In this document: one piece after another, positions 38,680 to 47,831 of the stretch
How the letters are laid out: each line of letters opens with the position of its first letter
Numbering within the stretch: the stretch's first letter is position 1
IMG/VR virus record: IMGVR_UViG_3300042290_000649
Location: 1 to 58,092 of that record
Length of the DNA stretch: 58,092 nt
Strand: one strand, 5' to 3'
From: a virus
Lineage: Duplodnaviria; Caudoviricetes
Notes under the pieces: model-generated
What the model was told of the DNA's origin: nothing
Database searches by the model: none
The model's input: only the letters and a program-made list of their open reading frames with translations
Program-made: the position numbers and the translations under genes

Positions 38680-39014
38680 CTGTCGACCCTCTTTGCCCCC
38701 AAGATAAGGTGGTGGCGAAGCCCTTCCCTAATTACTTCATCAACCTGGAACTGAAGGTTGTCAGCCTCAACTAGGTCTGCAATCGTTGGTTGATTTGTTC
38801 CGGTCAAATAGGGGATAAAGAAAAGATACCTCGCCTCTGCTGCCTGGCCTGTGGACGTATAGAGTTGCGATACTGATTCTTTGCTTTCTGGCTGGTAGTG
38901 GCACTTTCCTGACCAGACAGTCGTCAACTCAACTGTAGGCGTGCCGTCTGCCGCGTGGCCTGTTTGCCCAACGCGCTTGATTGTGACCGAAGTGGTGAAC
39001 CCCGGCAGGCTCAT
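38676..39014 (-). CDS. Head closure (stopper) protein
   Basis: 112 aa, beta-rich (VTIKR...DGTP...VWSGKC), gene position. Confidence 0.7.
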   Translation of the reverse strand: MSLPGFTTSVTIKRVGQTGHAADGTPTVELTTVWSGKCHYQPESKESVSQLYTSTGQAAEARYLFFIPYLTGTNQPTIADLVEADNLQFQVDEVIREGLRHHLILGAKRVDR

Positions 39015-39925
39015 CGGACATTTACCACGACATAGTCGTCCAGTATGGCGGCCGCAGTCCCCGGGATACCACCAAATCGCACCCCAGGCTCCGGCATGTG
39101 ACGCTTCATGCTCATTGATCCGACAGTTAGTTCGCTTAGCGCCCCAAGGCCCTGCTTGTCCAGTGAGTCTTCAGCAATCAGGTGAGCGGTGATAATCGCC
39201 GTTGCGTCCTTGACGTCCTCTGGAACCTCCGAATAGCCGCTGACGTAGGTCAAAACTGCCACCGGCTCAATAAGCCCAAGGTTCACAAGCACGGGGAATA
39301 GTGAGTATGTAACGGTCGCAAGGCTGGTAACCTCAAAGTAGTTCCTGTCCTTGTTTACAAAGATGTCGTTTACGGTGAATGCCGCACTCTGCTGCGCGCT
39401 AACGTTTACGGTCAGCGAAACAATTGAAACGATAGGTCGACGATACGGGTAGACCCTTCTCGTTGCTTGGCTCCACTTGTGCTTCTCTGTGTCTTGTCGC
39501 AACTGAAAAGATTGCTGAGTGTAGGAATCAACAAGGCTACTGGCAACCTTTATGAAGCGCTCCAACTTTCGGTCGCCCATGTCTGAGCCATCGGCATTAG
39601 TGAGGACGCCCATCTCGTATTCCCGGAACTGATCAACGGTGATGTAGCCCTGCTCCTGCCCACGGAATGGAGTGGACCAGGAGCCCCCGCTGCTCCCCGT
39701 GGAGTTGGATGGTCGCCAGGTGTGCCATTGCCCCACGGCAGCGGTGCTGTCAAAATAGTCATAGGCAGAAACAAGCGAAGACAGGGTAATCACAGCACCA
39801 AGGTCAACAAAAGAGCCGGTCCGGCTTGTCGCCTCGGCTGAGGTTGCCGCGCGTCCCAACTGAATGTGGGAATACGAAGCAATAGTTGTTGCGATGCTTG
39901 GAACGGGTACTGTTACTTTAATCAT
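39011..39925 (-). CDS. Head-tail connector (adaptor) with an extra N-terminal domain
   Basis: YITVDQF...ASSLVDSY...YVSGYSEVPEDVKDA...ILDDY. Confidence 0.8.
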   Translation of the reverse strand: MIKVTVPVPSIATTIASYSHIQLGRAATSAEATSRTGSFVDLGAVITLSSLVSAYDYFDSTAAVGQWHTWRPSNSTGSSGGSWSTPFRGQEQGYITVDQFREYEMGVLTNADGSDMGDRKLERFIKVASSLVDSYTQQSFQLRQDTEKHKWSQATRRVYPYRRPIVSIVSLTVNVSAQQSAAFTVNDIFVNKDRNYFEVTSLATVTYSLFPVLVNLGLIEPVAVLTYVSGYSEVPEDVKDATAIITAHLIAEDSLDKQGLGALSELTVGSMSMKRHMPEPGVRFGGIPGTAAAILDDYVVVNVR

Positions 39926-40008
39926 GGGTAAATACTATGCCAAATAGGACACCACGTCCATCCGGCTAGTGCCTGCGATGAACGTGGTGTGGCTAGTTTT
40001 GAGGCTGT

Positions 40009-40338
40009 TTAGCGGTTCTCGTCTGAGAACACGCGATCGATATCCCCACGGTCCTGCTTGACTTCGCGTGCGCCCATGGCAATAAGTTCCTCAAGGTGCT
40101 TGCCAAGAACATTGCACTCGTCGTTAACAAACTGGTACGTTCGGCCGTCCGAAAGCGCCACCGATGCGTCGCCGATCGGCATGTAGATTCGGTAAATCTT
40201 CTTCGGGAGGATCTGCTCCTTCGCAGCCTTTGCAATCACGCGGGAAGCAAGTGCGGCACCGGCCTCTTCAGGCTGCTGCTCCGGCCTTCGTGTCGGGTCA
40301 ATGTACCGACCATTTTCGTCAATCAACTTGTCACTCAT
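40009..40338 (-). CDS. Hypothetical head-associated protein
   Basis: AAGGAG RBS; between the capsid and connector genes. Confidence 0.65.
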   Translation of the reverse strand: MSDKLIDENGRYIDPTRRPEQQPEEAGAALASRVIAKAAKEQILPKKIYRIYMPIGDASVALSDGRTYQFVNDECNVLGKHLEELIAMGAREVKQDRGDIDRVFSDENR

Positions 40339-40356
40339 AAATACTCCTTACAAATC

Positions 40357-40387
40357 AAAAGGGGCCGGGCCTAAGCCCGGCCCCTTT
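40357..40387 (-). terminator. Intrinsic terminator after the major capsid gene
   Basis: AAAGGGGCCGGGC-ttag-GCCCGGCCCCTTTT. Confidence 0.85.
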
Positions 40388-40411
40388 CATTAGGACTACG
40401 CTACGACGCTA

Positions 40412-41662
40412 TTAGGCGATCGTGACGCGGACCTTGCCGTTGAACTGTGGTCCCTTGTTGGCCAAGCCGTACATGCAGAACTGAATGTACAAGCGGGTCA
40501 GGGCACCAGCAACACCGACTGGAATCTCAAGGGTGGTAATCGCGTCGTTCCCCAGGAACGGCATCGACCAAACATCCTCGTCGATTACGTACATGTCGCG
40601 GTAGTTCGTCGTTGTACCGCTAACGGTAACAGCGTACGAACCAATTCCGTCGCCAGGGATCGCAAGCAATGGGAGCGCGCCGGCTGGCGTGGCAACGCTG
40701 CCAAGACCAAGGCCAGGGTTCGCGTTCTCACCACCGGTGAATCGCACCTGGTTGAGCAACTCGTTCGTGTAGGCAGCGTAATCCGTTGGGCTCAAAACGA
40801 TGGCCGAAGGATTACCGCCGTTGTTCAGGATGCCAGCAACGGTGTCGTTGATAGCAGCCGTGTACGACGACGAGCCCTTGCTGGTGATCACGTTGCCTGC
40901 GGAGGCAGCGGATCCCAACAACTTGCGCAGACCGTCGAAGCCGTTCACGTCCCACGCGCCCAACTCCGTCGATGCACCGGCAGCCGATGAAGTCGAGGCG
41001 TTTCCCTGAAGGATCTGCTTCTGCAACTTCTTGGCAATTGCCGTTACTCCGCCTGACAACTCGGTTGCGAGGCCGTGATTACCGGCCGCGCCGCCCTGCT
41101 GAATGGCGAACTGTGACTTGAGAGAAATACCACGGCGGGTAGCAAGTACCGCGACGTTGGTGGTCTGGCGAGCGTAGACGTTCACGTCATCCGTCACCGT
41201 TCCCAACTCCGTCTGGAACACTGCATCACCGAACGAGGTCTGCTGATTGTAGGCGTGCACCAAGCCGTTTGCAGGCTCCTTGCGCATGCGCTCAAACAGC
41301 GGGAATCGCTTTACGAACAGGGCGTAGAGCATTGGCTCCAAGTCCTGGCGAATAAGTGCAGCACCGCCGCTGGCATCAAGCAACTTAGCGATCTGTGGGT
41401 TGGCAACTGCCAAGGTGTTAAGCACCTCGGACGAAGCCTGCTTACCATTCTCGCGGGAAGCCTGAATGTCGAGCATCTCGGTGATCTCGGCGGTGCCCAT
41501 CTGCTTGAATCGCTTGCGCAACTCGCGCTGAAGAGCAGCACCCTCTGCTGCGTCGTATGTCTTTACAGTCGAATCGGTATCCTTACCGATTACCGCAGGG
41601 GTGTGGGAAAGAGCCTCAAGGCCCTTCTCCAGATCCTGCAACTTTTCCTTAATCTCACTCAT
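40412..41662 (-). CDS. Major capsid protein (HK97 fold inferred)
   Basis: 416 aa after the protease; GAALIRQDLE, NGFDGLRKL, GGNPSAIV motifs; strong RBS and terminator. Confidence 0.88.
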   Translation of the reverse strand: MSEIKEKLQDLEKGLEALSHTPAVIGKDTDSTVKTYDAAEGAALQRELRKRFKQMGTAEITEMLDIQASRENGKQASSEVLNTLAVANPQIAKLLDASGGAALIRQDLEPMLYALFVKRFPLFERMRKEPANGLVHAYNQQTSFGDAVFQTELGTVTDDVNVYARQTTNVAVLATRRGISLKSQFAIQQGGAAGNHGLATELSGGVTAIAKKLQKQILQGNASTSSAAGASTELGAWDVNGFDGLRKLLGSAASAGNVITSKGSSSYTAAINDTVAGILNNGGNPSAIVLSPTDYAAYTNELLNQVRFTGGENANPGLGLGSVATPAGALPLLAIPGDGIGSYAVTVSGTTTNYRDMYVIDEDVWSMPFLGNDAITTLEIPVGVAGALTRLYIQFCMYGLANKGPQFNGKVRVTIA

Positions 41663-41678
41663 GATTTATTTCCTTCTT

Positions 41679-43313
41679 TCAGTCCTGCGCTTCGAGAACG
41701 CGCTGGATATATGGATGCAGCCATGTAGCGTCGCTATGTCGCTGCTCCGTAGCCTTGCTAATCAATTTGCGCCCAACCGGTTCGGCCGACAAGCGGTCGA
41801 TCACGTTCATGGCGCTCTCCAAATCCTTCTCAACCTTGGCCTTCGCGGCAGCGAGTTCGGTGATCTCCTTGCGGAGAGTCTCCACCTCCTGCTGAGCCGT
41901 CTTGGCTGCATCGAGTGCTGACTTGGCGACCTCAACGATCTTACCGATATCGTCCACGTCGGAAGACTTCTCGGCATCGTTCAGGTCTACAATGGGCTCA
42001 ACGCCCTGGTCTTCGGAAGCCGGTTCGGCGACAGGCTCCTCGATAACCGCATCAATAGGCGCAGCCTCCGCAGGGGCAGCCTCAACGGCAACCTCTTCTG
42101 CAACTGGCTCCGCAGCAACTGGCTCTGCAACTGGAGCCTCGGCCTCACCCTGGAGGGGCGCACCGGTCTCTAGTGCAAGGCGGTTGCTAGTTGCCGAAGC
42201 AAGAACTTCTGCAAGAACCTCGGCAACATCAGCCTCTGAGACCTCTCGGTACTCATCAACTGCCGCGTGGGCTTCTGCGTGGATCTCTTCGGCTACTGGC
42301 TCAACGGCTGGCTCAACAGCCTCCGCTGGCTCGGCCTCAGGGGCGACCTCTGGGGTCTCCTCTGCGACCTGTGGGGCAATCTCTTCAGTCATGTTTTTCT
42401 CCAATTCAGCAGAGGTTGAATCCTCTGTCTTATTCTCTTCGTCGGCCTGCTGGCCTTCGACTTCAGCAACCTTTGCAACCACATCGTCAAAAGACTTTGT
42501 TGCGCGCAATGTCGACATCTTGTGACCAACGATTCGGTCGGTTGGCTTTTCCCCATCATAAATCCTGATCAATACTGCTGGGTCATTTTCCTCAGCATTG
42601 ATAGAGATTGAAGAATCTGGAACATTGACGCTTCCCTCGCGGACGATCTTCGTGATCTTTCCACGGGCTGCGCCGCCACTCGAACCCCAAGTGACCATAT
42701 CGCCAACATGGAATTCGCCGTGCGCCTTTACTGCGTTGTCAAGGTCGTGGATTATGGCGTGCTCTACTTCACTCTCTCCTGGCTTTGAGCGCAGGCTCTT
42801 AACTGCGTTGTGCAGATACGAGCGCTGATTTGCCGGGATGCCAACAACACTCGCCTCGAGAAGGCGAACCTTGTTGATGACGTAGGTATCAATGCCGCTC
42901 TTCTCGTCGCGCTTCTTGTCGGCATTCTCAACGCGGGCGCCAATAGAGAGGCCCAACTTGACGCCGCGCTTTATTGCGCGATAGGCCTGCATTGCCTGGG
43001 GATTCTCGTCCTCTGGGCAAACCTTTACGTCGATATCGAGGTCATAGACCTCTTCGCCGGTCTCTTCGTCCATGCGCTTAACGATGCGAGCATCGGTCGC
43101 AGAGCCAAAAAGGTCCTCGGGGACGTTGTAGTTGTGGTTGAGGAAGACGGTCATATTCTGCTTGGCGGTGTCCTCCATGCTCTTCAGCGCGGACATTGCC
43201 ATCGCGTCACCGTGAAGGTCGCGGATGGTCGAAGAGGTGGTTCCGGATACGTAGCGGTCGCCGCTCTCGGTTTCGTAAGCCTTAAGAGTTCCGGTAAAAA
43301 GTTTAAAATCCAC
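41679..43313 (-). CDS. Prohead protease-scaffold fusion with an inserted Tudor-like domain
   Basis: HK97-type protease motifs VFLNH, GLSIG, LLEASVVGIPAN; GDMVTWGSSGG..RGKITKI domain; Glu/Ala/Pro-rich scaffold; likely GTG start at 43313. Confidence 0.88.
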   Translation of the reverse strand: MDFKLFTGTLKAYETESGDRYVSGTTSSTIRDLHGDAMAMSALKSMEDTAKQNMTVFLNHNYNVPEDLFGSATDARIVKRMDEETGEEVYDLDIDVKVCPEDENPQAMQAYRAIKRGVKLGLSIGARVENADKKRDEKSGIDTYVINKVRLLEASVVGIPANQRSYLHNAVKSLRSKPGESEVEHAIIHDLDNAVKAHGEFHVGDMVTWGSSGGAARGKITKIVREGSVNVPDSSISINAEENDPAVLIRIYDGEKPTDRIVGHKMSTLRATKSFDDVVAKVAEVEGQQADEENKTEDSTSAELEKNMTEEIAPQVAEETPEVAPEAEPAEAVEPAVEPVAEEIHAEAHAAVDEYREVSEADVAEVLAEVLASATSNRLALETGAPLQGEAEAPVAEPVAAEPVAEEVAVEAAPAEAAPIDAVIEEPVAEPASEDQGVEPIVDLNDAEKSSDVDDIGKIVEVAKSALDAAKTAQQEVETLRKEITELAAAKAKVEKDLESAMNVIDRLSAEPVGRKLISKATEQRHSDATWLHPYIQRVLEAQD

Positions 43314-43479
43314 AGTAATCCCCCCGGGCTGCTTTGGCGACTCTAAGGGTCGCATCTACGTAAGTATCATCATCCCGTCAACCCGTAGTTGACTTGGCGG
43401 TTCGCCAACAAGGCGTCCCTGCGAAGATCATACACTCATATTGGGGCATATTACAACATCTTTCAAATATGCGGGGCTG

Positions 43480-43495
43480 TGTTCCACGTGAAACA
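43480..43495. promoter_or_regulatory. parS site (chromosomal ParB/Spo0J consensus)
   Basis: TGTTCCACGTGAAACA, 16/16 match to TGTTNCACGTGAAACA, intergenic. Confidence 0.85.
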
Positions 43496-43540
43496 TCTCT
43501 AGAAGATCCCATAATCTTGCAATACTGCTACAATATGCCC

Positions 43541-43936
43541 ATGAACGAGCCTGTATGTCCACTGTGCACAGAGATTAACCATACTGAAAACGAACTGCGT
43601 GAGATAACGCTGGCTATTAAGCGACTCCAGAAGCAGGCTGCCCCCATCTTCAAGGAGTACATGGCGAATCGCTCCGCCCACCCCAAGTGTGCAAATTGCA
43701 CGATCTTGACCGGCAAGCATCACCTGGAGAAGAACGTTGTCCCAGAGCCTATGGTGCCCCGGGCGAAGGGGCAGCGGCGCTATTTAGTCTGCGACGCCTG
43801 CTATATTGACCTGCACAAGGCAAAAATGAGCGTTCCCCAGCGGAAGAAGTACAGCCTTGAAGTCAGCGCAATGATCGACCAGGAGATTGCCGACGAGGAG
43901 AGCGAATCAATCGAGGGGTCGACAGAAGAGGAGTAG
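43541..43936 (+). CDS. Cys-rich Zn-binding hypothetical protein, probably leaderless
   Basis: TGcTACAAT 6 nt before ATG 43541; CPLC, CANC, CDAC. Confidence 0.65.
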   Translation: MNEPVCPLCTEINHTENELREITLAIKRLQKQAAPIFKEYMANRSAHPKCANCTILTGKHHLEKNVVPEPMVPRAKGQRRYLVCDACYIDLHKAKMSVPQRKKYSLEVSAMIDQEIADEESESIEGSTEEE

Positions 43937-43938
43937 CC

Positions 43939-44163
43939 ATGGGCTACGATATTCAGGGGACGGTTGAGGTAAAGTTCACAGACGGAAACTTTGTTGTGCC
44001 ACAGTGGTGGACAAGGTACCCTTGCATGCGTGCGGTAACATACGAAGATGGCAAACCAGTCGTTATGCGAACACTTGCCGAAACAAGAGATTTGATTAAT
44101 CAGGACATGCTGAATGGTGTCTGGCAAGACGCTTTACGGCGACACCGAAGGGGAACTAGATAG
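43939..44163 (+). CDS. Hypothetical protein
   Basis: GAGGAG RBS, 74 aa, abuts the portal start. Confidence 0.65.
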   Translation: MGYDIQGTVEVKFTDGNFVVPQWWTRYPCMRAVTYEDGKPVVMRTLAETRDLINQDMLNGVWQDALRRHRRGTR

Positions 44164-46368
44164 ATGGCAGACGAACGCCCCAGCCTTCTGGATCGACTAC
44201 TTGGTCGAACCGAGCAGGTGGTTACTGCGCCCAAATCCGAAATCGGAATAATCCCGGACTGGGAGAACAGCCCCTACGCCCGTGCCGCAGTCGGGCAGGG
44301 CGGCGTAATGAAGCGCAGCGTTGCACAGTTGCGACGCTGGTCCAGAAACAACCCGTGGCTGCGCGCGGCAATTAACCTGCGCCGCCAGCAGGTGAGCCGT
44401 GCCCGTTGGGACATTGTGGATCTTGACGGCAACTCAAAGCCAAATCAAAAGATTGTTGACGAGTTGCGCTACATGTTCCGCCACCCAAACTCACGAGGCG
44501 ATTCATTCCGTTCGTTTATTGAGCCGGTGGTTGAAGACTTGCTCGTCCTCGATCAGGGCTGTATTGAAGTTGAGTTGACGCGTGGTTCGCGCGTGGGCAC
44601 AACTGGCTCGAAGAAGATTGCCAACCTGTGGCCAAAAGACGCAGGATTTATTGCGTTCGACCAAGATTGGGACGGGACGAGGAAGAACGACCCTCGCTAT
44701 TTCGAACTAGATGCGACTGGCAAGATCGTTGCCGAGTACCGCAATGACGAAATGGTTGTCTTGATTCACAACCCGGTAACGTATTCGCCGCTTGGTCTTT
44801 CGCCGCTAGAAGTTCTTGCTGAGACTATTGAGGCCGACCTCGCCGCCGCTGCCTATAACTCAAAGTCCGTCATGCAGGCCGCGCCTCCGGGAATCATTGA
44901 CCTCGGCGAGGGCATTCGCCCCGACCAGGTTGATCAGTTCAAGGCGTATTGGGAAGCAGAAATCGGCGGCAAGAGCATGGTTGCAATTGTTGGCGGCGGT
45001 AAGGGCGTTAAGTGGACGCCACTTGGTGCGTCAAACCGCGATATGCAATTTATGGAGTGGCAGATTTATCTGGCGCGAAAGATTTGTGCGGTGTTTGGCG
45101 TTCAGCCACAAGACATTGGTATTTCTTTTGACGTCAATCAGAGCACCGCAGAGGTTGGCGCAGCGTTTACTGCCGACAACGGCATCGCGCCACTGCTCGA
45201 CCTTATCGCTGAGTACCTAACCCGCGAAATCATTTGGCGCTTTGACGAGACCCTGCGCTTTGCCTACACCGATGTTGGTCGCGCAAGTCAGTCCGCAATT
45301 GCCGAGTACTACAAGGCTGCACTTGGCGGCCTTCCGTGGCTTCGCATCAATGACGCGCTTAAGGAGCGTGGTCAGGACGGCATTGGCGAGTACGGTGACG
45401 AGATTTGGGTAATGTCGCCAAAGGGCTACATGCCAATGTCTCTCTATATTGAATATCTTGAGCAAACATTGCTTGGCGAGAAGCCAGACGAAGAGCCCGA
45501 AGGCGAAGGCCCAGATGAAGATGGCCCAGATGAAAATGGCGGCGGCGAGGGGGAACCATCCCCCGAGGACGCAACAGACCCAGAGACAATGCGTCCGGAA
45601 AACCCACAGATGGGACCGAACCAGCAACCAGCAGACCAGAAGGCCGCTGGTAGGCCTGTAATCACGTGCGACATTGATGGAACGCTAACAACGCCAAGCG
45701 GCCCAATCGAAAACACTGTTGATTTCCTGCTCGACCAGGCGGATGAGTTCGCAATCTACATTCTTACCGCACGAAGCGAAAGCAAGCGCAGTGAAACAGA
45801 GGCAATGCTAAGCAAGTTTGATGTTCCATACGATCGACTCATCATGAACGACACGGGCGAGCCGCAACCCGTGTTCAAGAAGCGCGTGATGAAAGAGTTG
45901 ATGGCGAATAACGACATTGCTTTTGCGATTGAGAACGACGAGGCAGTTCTTGCCGAGTATCGAAAACTTGGCGTGAAGACAATGACTCCGGCCCAGGTTC
46001 CTGATGATCCAGAGGATGCAGAGAAGGGATTGCTTAAGTCGGTTAACCTCACCGTTCCAAATGGCGTCAAGGTTGAGGCCGCGCGTGGTCTTCTTTGGCG
46101 CAAGCAGTTTGGTCGCGGCGGTATTGGCCCAGGTCAGCGCACCGCGCGCATGCTGATTGGCAACAGGATGACAATTGCTCGCGTGAAGAAGATGAGCGCT
46201 TATCTCGCTCGCCATGAAGTAGACAAGAAGGGCGAAGGATTTAGCCCAGGAGAGCCAGGATATCCATCAGCGGGCAGGATCGCATGGGCCCTGTGGGGTG
46301 GCGATGCTGGTCAGTCTTGGACTGCCAAGGTAATGCGATCATTAGAGGCGCAAGAGCGAAAGGACTAA
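44164..46368 (+). CDS. Portal protein fused to a HAD phosphatase-like domain and a C-terminal basic domain
   Basis: HK97-like portal motifs (GLSPLE, DMQFMEW..YLARKICAVFGVQP, INDAL); DIDGT at aa 503, LTAR, IEND; C-terminal IAWALWGGDAG. Confidence 0.92.
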   Translation: MADERPSLLDRLLGRTEQVVTAPKSEIGIIPDWENSPYARAAVGQGGVMKRSVAQLRRWSRNNPWLRAAINLRRQQVSRARWDIVDLDGNSKPNQKIVDELRYMFRHPNSRGDSFRSFIEPVVEDLLVLDQGCIEVELTRGSRVGTTGSKKIANLWPKDAGFIAFDQDWDGTRKNDPRYFELDATGKIVAEYRNDEMVVLIHNPVTYSPLGLSPLEVLAETIEADLAAAAYNSKSVMQAAPPGIIDLGEGIRPDQVDQFKAYWEAEIGGKSMVAIVGGGKGVKWTPLGASNRDMQFMEWQIYLARKICAVFGVQPQDIGISFDVNQSTAEVGAAFTADNGIAPLLDLIAEYLTREIIWRFDETLRFAYTDVGRASQSAIAEYYKAALGGLPWLRINDALKERGQDGIGEYGDEIWVMSPKGYMPMSLYIEYLEQTLLGEKPDEEPEGEGPDEDGPDENGGGEGEPSPEDATDPETMRPENPQMGPNQQPADQKAAGRPVITCDIDGTLTTPSGPIENTVDFLLDQADEFAIYILTARSESKRSETEAMLSKFDVPYDRLIMNDTGEPQPVFKKRVMKELMANNDIAFAIENDEAVLAEYRKLGVKTMTPAQVPDDPEDAEKGLLKSVNLTVPNGVKVEAARGLLWRKQFGRGGIGPGQRTARMLIGNRMTIARVKKMSAYLARHEVDKKGEGFSPGEPGYPSAGRIAWALWGGDAGQSWTAKVMRSLEAQERKD

Positions 46369-46371
46369 TCA

Positions 46372-46653
46372 ATGTCCATGGATATTGTCGTGCCGGATCG
46401 CATTAGTGATTGGGCCGAAACTTACGGTAGCGGCGCAGCCGCTGTCTGGCAGAAATATGTTGATGCAGGCATTATTTTTTCCGAACAGGTTGGTTTCACG
46501 ATTGTTGTTCGCTGGGAAAAGCCGGCGGTAGGCGATGCTAATAAAACAATCATTGATGGACTTATTGCCAGTGGTCAACTTACGGCTGATCTTTGCCCAG
46601 TAACAAAGGATGGGGCTGTCTTGCGATGGTTCCCAGAAGACAGCAATGGATAA
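46372..46653 (+). CDS. Hypothetical protein
   Basis: 93 aa in a tightly packed operon. Confidence 0.55.
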   Translation: MSMDIVVPDRISDWAETYGSGAAAVWQKYVDAGIIFSEQVGFTIVVRWEKPAVGDANKTIIDGLIASGQLTADLCPVTKDGAVLRWFPEDSNG

Positions 46654-46816
46654 GTTGTATCATCAGCAGCCATGCTTTTGTATGCCCTGCAAAGTGCTAA
46701 ACTCCTCACCATCGCCGAAGAAGGCATCTGTTAGTAAGGTGAATGATCATGCTAAGAAAACTGTTTCAAAAAAGAAAAGAAGTGCCGCAGGAAGTACCAA
46801 AACCAAGTCCTCCTGA
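46646..46816 (+). CDS. Small basic protein (CFCMPC)
   Basis: ATG 46646 overlaps the upstream stop; overlaps the next ORF by ~70 nt. Confidence 0.4.
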   Translation: MDKLYHQQPCFCMPCKVLNSSPSPKKASVSKVNDHAKKTVSKKKRSAAGSTKTKSS

Positions 46817-47021
46817 AATTTCTGATTTGCTTGCAGGGACCGCAAAAGAATTGCACGACTTGGGGGTCAGGTACGCAGTCGTCAGCATCGCTGCGACCGA
46901 GGACAACCAAGATGTCATTGCACTAAGAACGGCATCTTTGCGCCTAGAGCGGATGTCTCGACAGTTTTCTATGAGCGCAAACCTCCTTAAGTCACGGCGC
47001 ATTGACGAAGAGACGGAGTAA
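46749..47021 (+). CDS. Hypothetical protein
   Basis: TAAGGTGA RBS; stop overlaps the HNH start. Confidence 0.55.
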   Translation: MLRKLFQKRKEVPQEVPKPSPPEISDLLAGTAKELHDLGVRYAVVSIAATEDNQDVIALRTASLRLERMSRQFSMSANLLKSRRIDEETE

Positions 47022-47314
47022 TGTCCAGGAAGGACCCCGTAACACAAGACCTCCGCTACGCGCTCATGTCCCGAGACCGGGGGTGCGTTGGGCCTCGAAT
47101 CGGGATGCCAGGGCTTTGCGGCAGCCAATTCGGCTCCGGTGGGCGTATTATTCTGGAAGTAGATCATGTAAACTCTGCTGGCTTCGGTAAGCGGGGTCCC
47201 AGCACAGAGGGAAACTGCGTTATTCTCTGTGGGTACCACCATCGGCTTAAGACGGAAGCCTCAAGAACGTGGCGGCCGTTATTAAACAATTATTTGGAGA
47301 ATCAGAATGGCTAG
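47021..47314 (+). CDS. HNH endonuclease
   Basis: RDRGC...C...LEVDHV...GNCVILCGYHHRLKT. Confidence 0.88.
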   Translation: MSRKDPVTQDLRYALMSRDRGCVGPRIGMPGLCGSQFGSGGRIILEVDHVNSAGFGKRGPSTEGNCVILCGYHHRLKTEASRTWRPLLNNYLENQNG

Positions 47315-47501
47315 GTTTGCGGAAGAGTTGTCGAGACTGAATTCTATATGTCAGTGGGCACAATGCCCTAATCGCGTGCGCATCAACGACAAGACTGCCG
47401 CCATCAAGAACCTTGGCCCGGTCCTCCAGTTGGGCGCCATGCAGTTGCATGTTTCGTGCGCAGAAGCGCGAAATCGCACGGGTGAACCATATCGCTCTTG
47501 A
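47307..47501 (+). CDS. Small Zn-binding protein
   Basis: GGAG RBS; CQWAQC...HVSC. Confidence 0.55.
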   Translation: MARFAEELSRLNSICQWAQCPNRVRINDKTAAIKNLGPVLQLGAMQLHVSCAEARNRTGEPYRS

Positions 47502-47534
47502 CGATACGGTCGTGATACCTCATACTCATCGCCT

Positions 47535-47831
47535 ATGGAGAACAATGAGGTCAAGCAATCGGTATTTCGGTGCATCGATTGTGGCGGCCCAAAGTCAACC
47601 GAAGTTTCTGTTCGCTGCTGGGATTGCGCCCTTATTGAGAAGAGGGGCCGGTGGCATTTATCAAGCGTAGAGCGCGCTGGGAAAATTCTTGACGCTCGCG
47701 CAGGGGGGATGACCATGTCTGAAATTGCTCGCAAGTTTGGCGTCTCCAGACAGCGTGTGTATCAAATTGTGGACGCCTCTGGGCTTCCGCTAACAAACAA
47801 AGACCGAAGGGGTGGTAAGCATGACCGATGA
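47535..47831 (+). CDS. Zn finger + HTH DNA-binding protein
   Basis: CIDC, CWDC, then MTMSEIARKFGVSRQRVYQIV. Confidence 0.8.
   Translation: MENNEVKQSVFRCIDCGGPKSTEVSVRCWDCALIEKRGRWHLSSVERAGKILDARAGGMTMSEIARKFGVSRQRVYQIVDASGLPLTNKDRRGGKHDR

Noticed and set aside
41902-43346. + strand ORFs 41902..42525 and 42810..43346
   Set aside because: Antisense shadows of the protease-scaffold gene.
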